From positions 310,001 through 374,000 of the forward strand of contig NC_058368.1 of the NCBI RefSeq assembly GCF_018350175.1: a stretch of 64,000 nt of DNA. The letters run 5' to 3'. Source of the DNA: Felis catus (Eukaryota). A program made the position numbers and the translations under genes. Positions 62,510 through 64,000 of the stretch are shown here, one piece after another (the first letter of the stretch is position 1; every line of letters starts with the position of its first letter). The notes under the pieces are model-generated. The model made no database searches. It was not told the origin of the DNA and saw only the letters and a program-made list of their open reading frames with translations.

Positions 62510-63570
62510 CACCCTGACACTCCATAAACCATGATGTCTAATTATAATATCTTAAAATTAGAAATCAATAATAAATATGGTTTTTAAAAACACATATATA
62601 TATAAATTTAAAAGCACACTTCTAAATATCATTGGCCCAACAGAAAGACATAATGAAAGCTTTGAAATATTTCTAACTTGACAGAAAGAACTGCATTTTA
62701 AAAACTTGTGGAAAACCCTCAACACAGGATGTAAAGGAAATTTATACATTATATGCATTTATGTAAAAACATAAAAGATTCAAAATAAACACAATAAACT
62801 AGGAAAAGGACAAGAGATCAAATGCAAAGACAGTAGTAGGAAAAAAGTAATATAGATAAGAATAAAAAGTAATGAAATAAAGGATGTAAAATTGATATAC
62901 AATCAATCCAAGAAAAGTTGGTTCTTCACAAGGACCTATTAAAATAGACAAACTCCTTGCACGATTGATCAAAGAAAAAGAAAAAAGAAGTTACAAATAA
63001 GCAAATTTAGAATGAAAAGTGTGAGGTACCTACATATTTAGTAGAGTTTTAAAAATCATAAGAGAACACTATAATTGTTATATCAATAAATCTGGAAACT
63101 TCAGTGAAATAGAATAATTTCTAGTCAAGTATAACTTACCAAAATTAGCCAAAGAATAAATAGAAAGAATAGAAGAAAAATGGAAAAAAAATTGATTCGG
63201 TACTTAAAAATATCACACTTAAAAATAGTATCAGGGAATAAATGAATAAATGGGGAAAATAGATAAATCTTCCATACAGAAGACTTCCAAACAATTTATG
63301 TAGCTACTTCACCCTCAGGAAAATTAAGCATAACTCCTCACTCCTTAAGAGGGGTCTGAATATAGTGACTTTCTTTCAAAGAATACAGAATGGCTTGCAA
63401 GAGTGGGAGTGGGGAGAGTGGAGAAATCTAACAAGTACTACTGCAGCCAGGTGACAAAGGTCAATATCATTAGTGATAAGTCATACTTAAAGTATGTATC
63501 TTTGATTTGATATGATGAGAAGGGCAATTCACCTTTATGGTCTTCTTCCCCAGAACCCAAATATAATAAG
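62510..63570 (+). mobile_element. Ancient L1M fragments (ORF2 piece and L1MC/L1MD-like 3'UTR)
   Basis: attagaaatcaataataa...aaaagttggttcttc; agcataactcctcactccttaag...atagtgactttctttcaaaga. Confidence 0.6.
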
Positions 63571-63582
63571 AAAAACATCAAA

Positions 63583-64000
63583 GGGAACCTTCAGGCACTG
63601 TTGGTGGTAATGTAGACTGGTGCAGCCACTGTGGAAAACAGTATGGAGGTACCTCAAAAAATTAAAAATAGAACTACCATATGATCCAGAAATTCCATTT
63701 ATGGATATCTATTCAAAATAGATGAAAACACTAACTTGAAAAGGTACCTGCACCCTTATTCATAGCAGTATTATTTATAATAGCCATGATCTGGAAACAA
63801 CCTAAGTGTCCATCAATGGATGAATGAATAAAGAAAATGTAATATGCATGTGTGTATACATACGCATACACACATATATAATGGAAAATTGTTTAACCAC
63901 AAAAAAAGAATAAAATCCCATTTATGACAACATTGGATGGACCTTGGGGTCACTATGCTAAGTGAAATAAGTGAGAGAAAGACACTTATACATGGAATCA
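63583..64000 (+). mobile_element. L1 ORF2 C-terminal fragment running off the window end
   Basis: gggaaccttcaggcactgttggtgg...ggtgcagccactgtggaaaacagtatggagg...tgctaagtgaaataagt. Confidence 0.88.

Noticed and set aside
1..64000. CRISPR arrays, rRNA, operon-like or prokaryotic defence systems
   Set aside because: The sequence is repeat-rich mammalian DNA; no regularly spaced direct repeats or rRNA similarity were seen.

Overview
Mammalian genomic DNA, almost certainly from a felid: it carries about 27 tRNA-derived Can-SINEs, several of the young cat SINEC_Fc type, and felid-type L1 ends. Most of the window is interspersed repeat: SINEs, carnivore and ancient L1s (including a three-level nested L1 block at 28.2-35.1 kb), six ERV1-class solo LTRs in 4.3-22.6 kb, MaLR/ERVL LTRs, MIR, L2 and hAT-Charlie remnants. 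Read by eye, the first 15.3 kb holds the 3' end of a plus-strand, multi-exon protein-coding gene that the ORF track does not assemble. Five exons (2096-2211, 3013-3131, 6505-6634, 13302-13439, 14803-15051) have GT-AG boundaries and consistent phases. They splice into one stop-free frame of about 250 aa with two coiled-coil-like helices, followed by AATAAA at 15285. I do not recognise the protein. From about 15.3 kb to 64 kb no protein-coding gene could be supported. The most unusual repeat is a 206-bp tailless L1 5'UTR fragment with a perfect 14-bp target-site duplication (TSD) at 52733-52938. I found no convincing novel multi-gene system. Repeat family names come from recalled consensus sequences and need RepeatMasker/Dfam confirmation; boundaries of old repeats are approximate.
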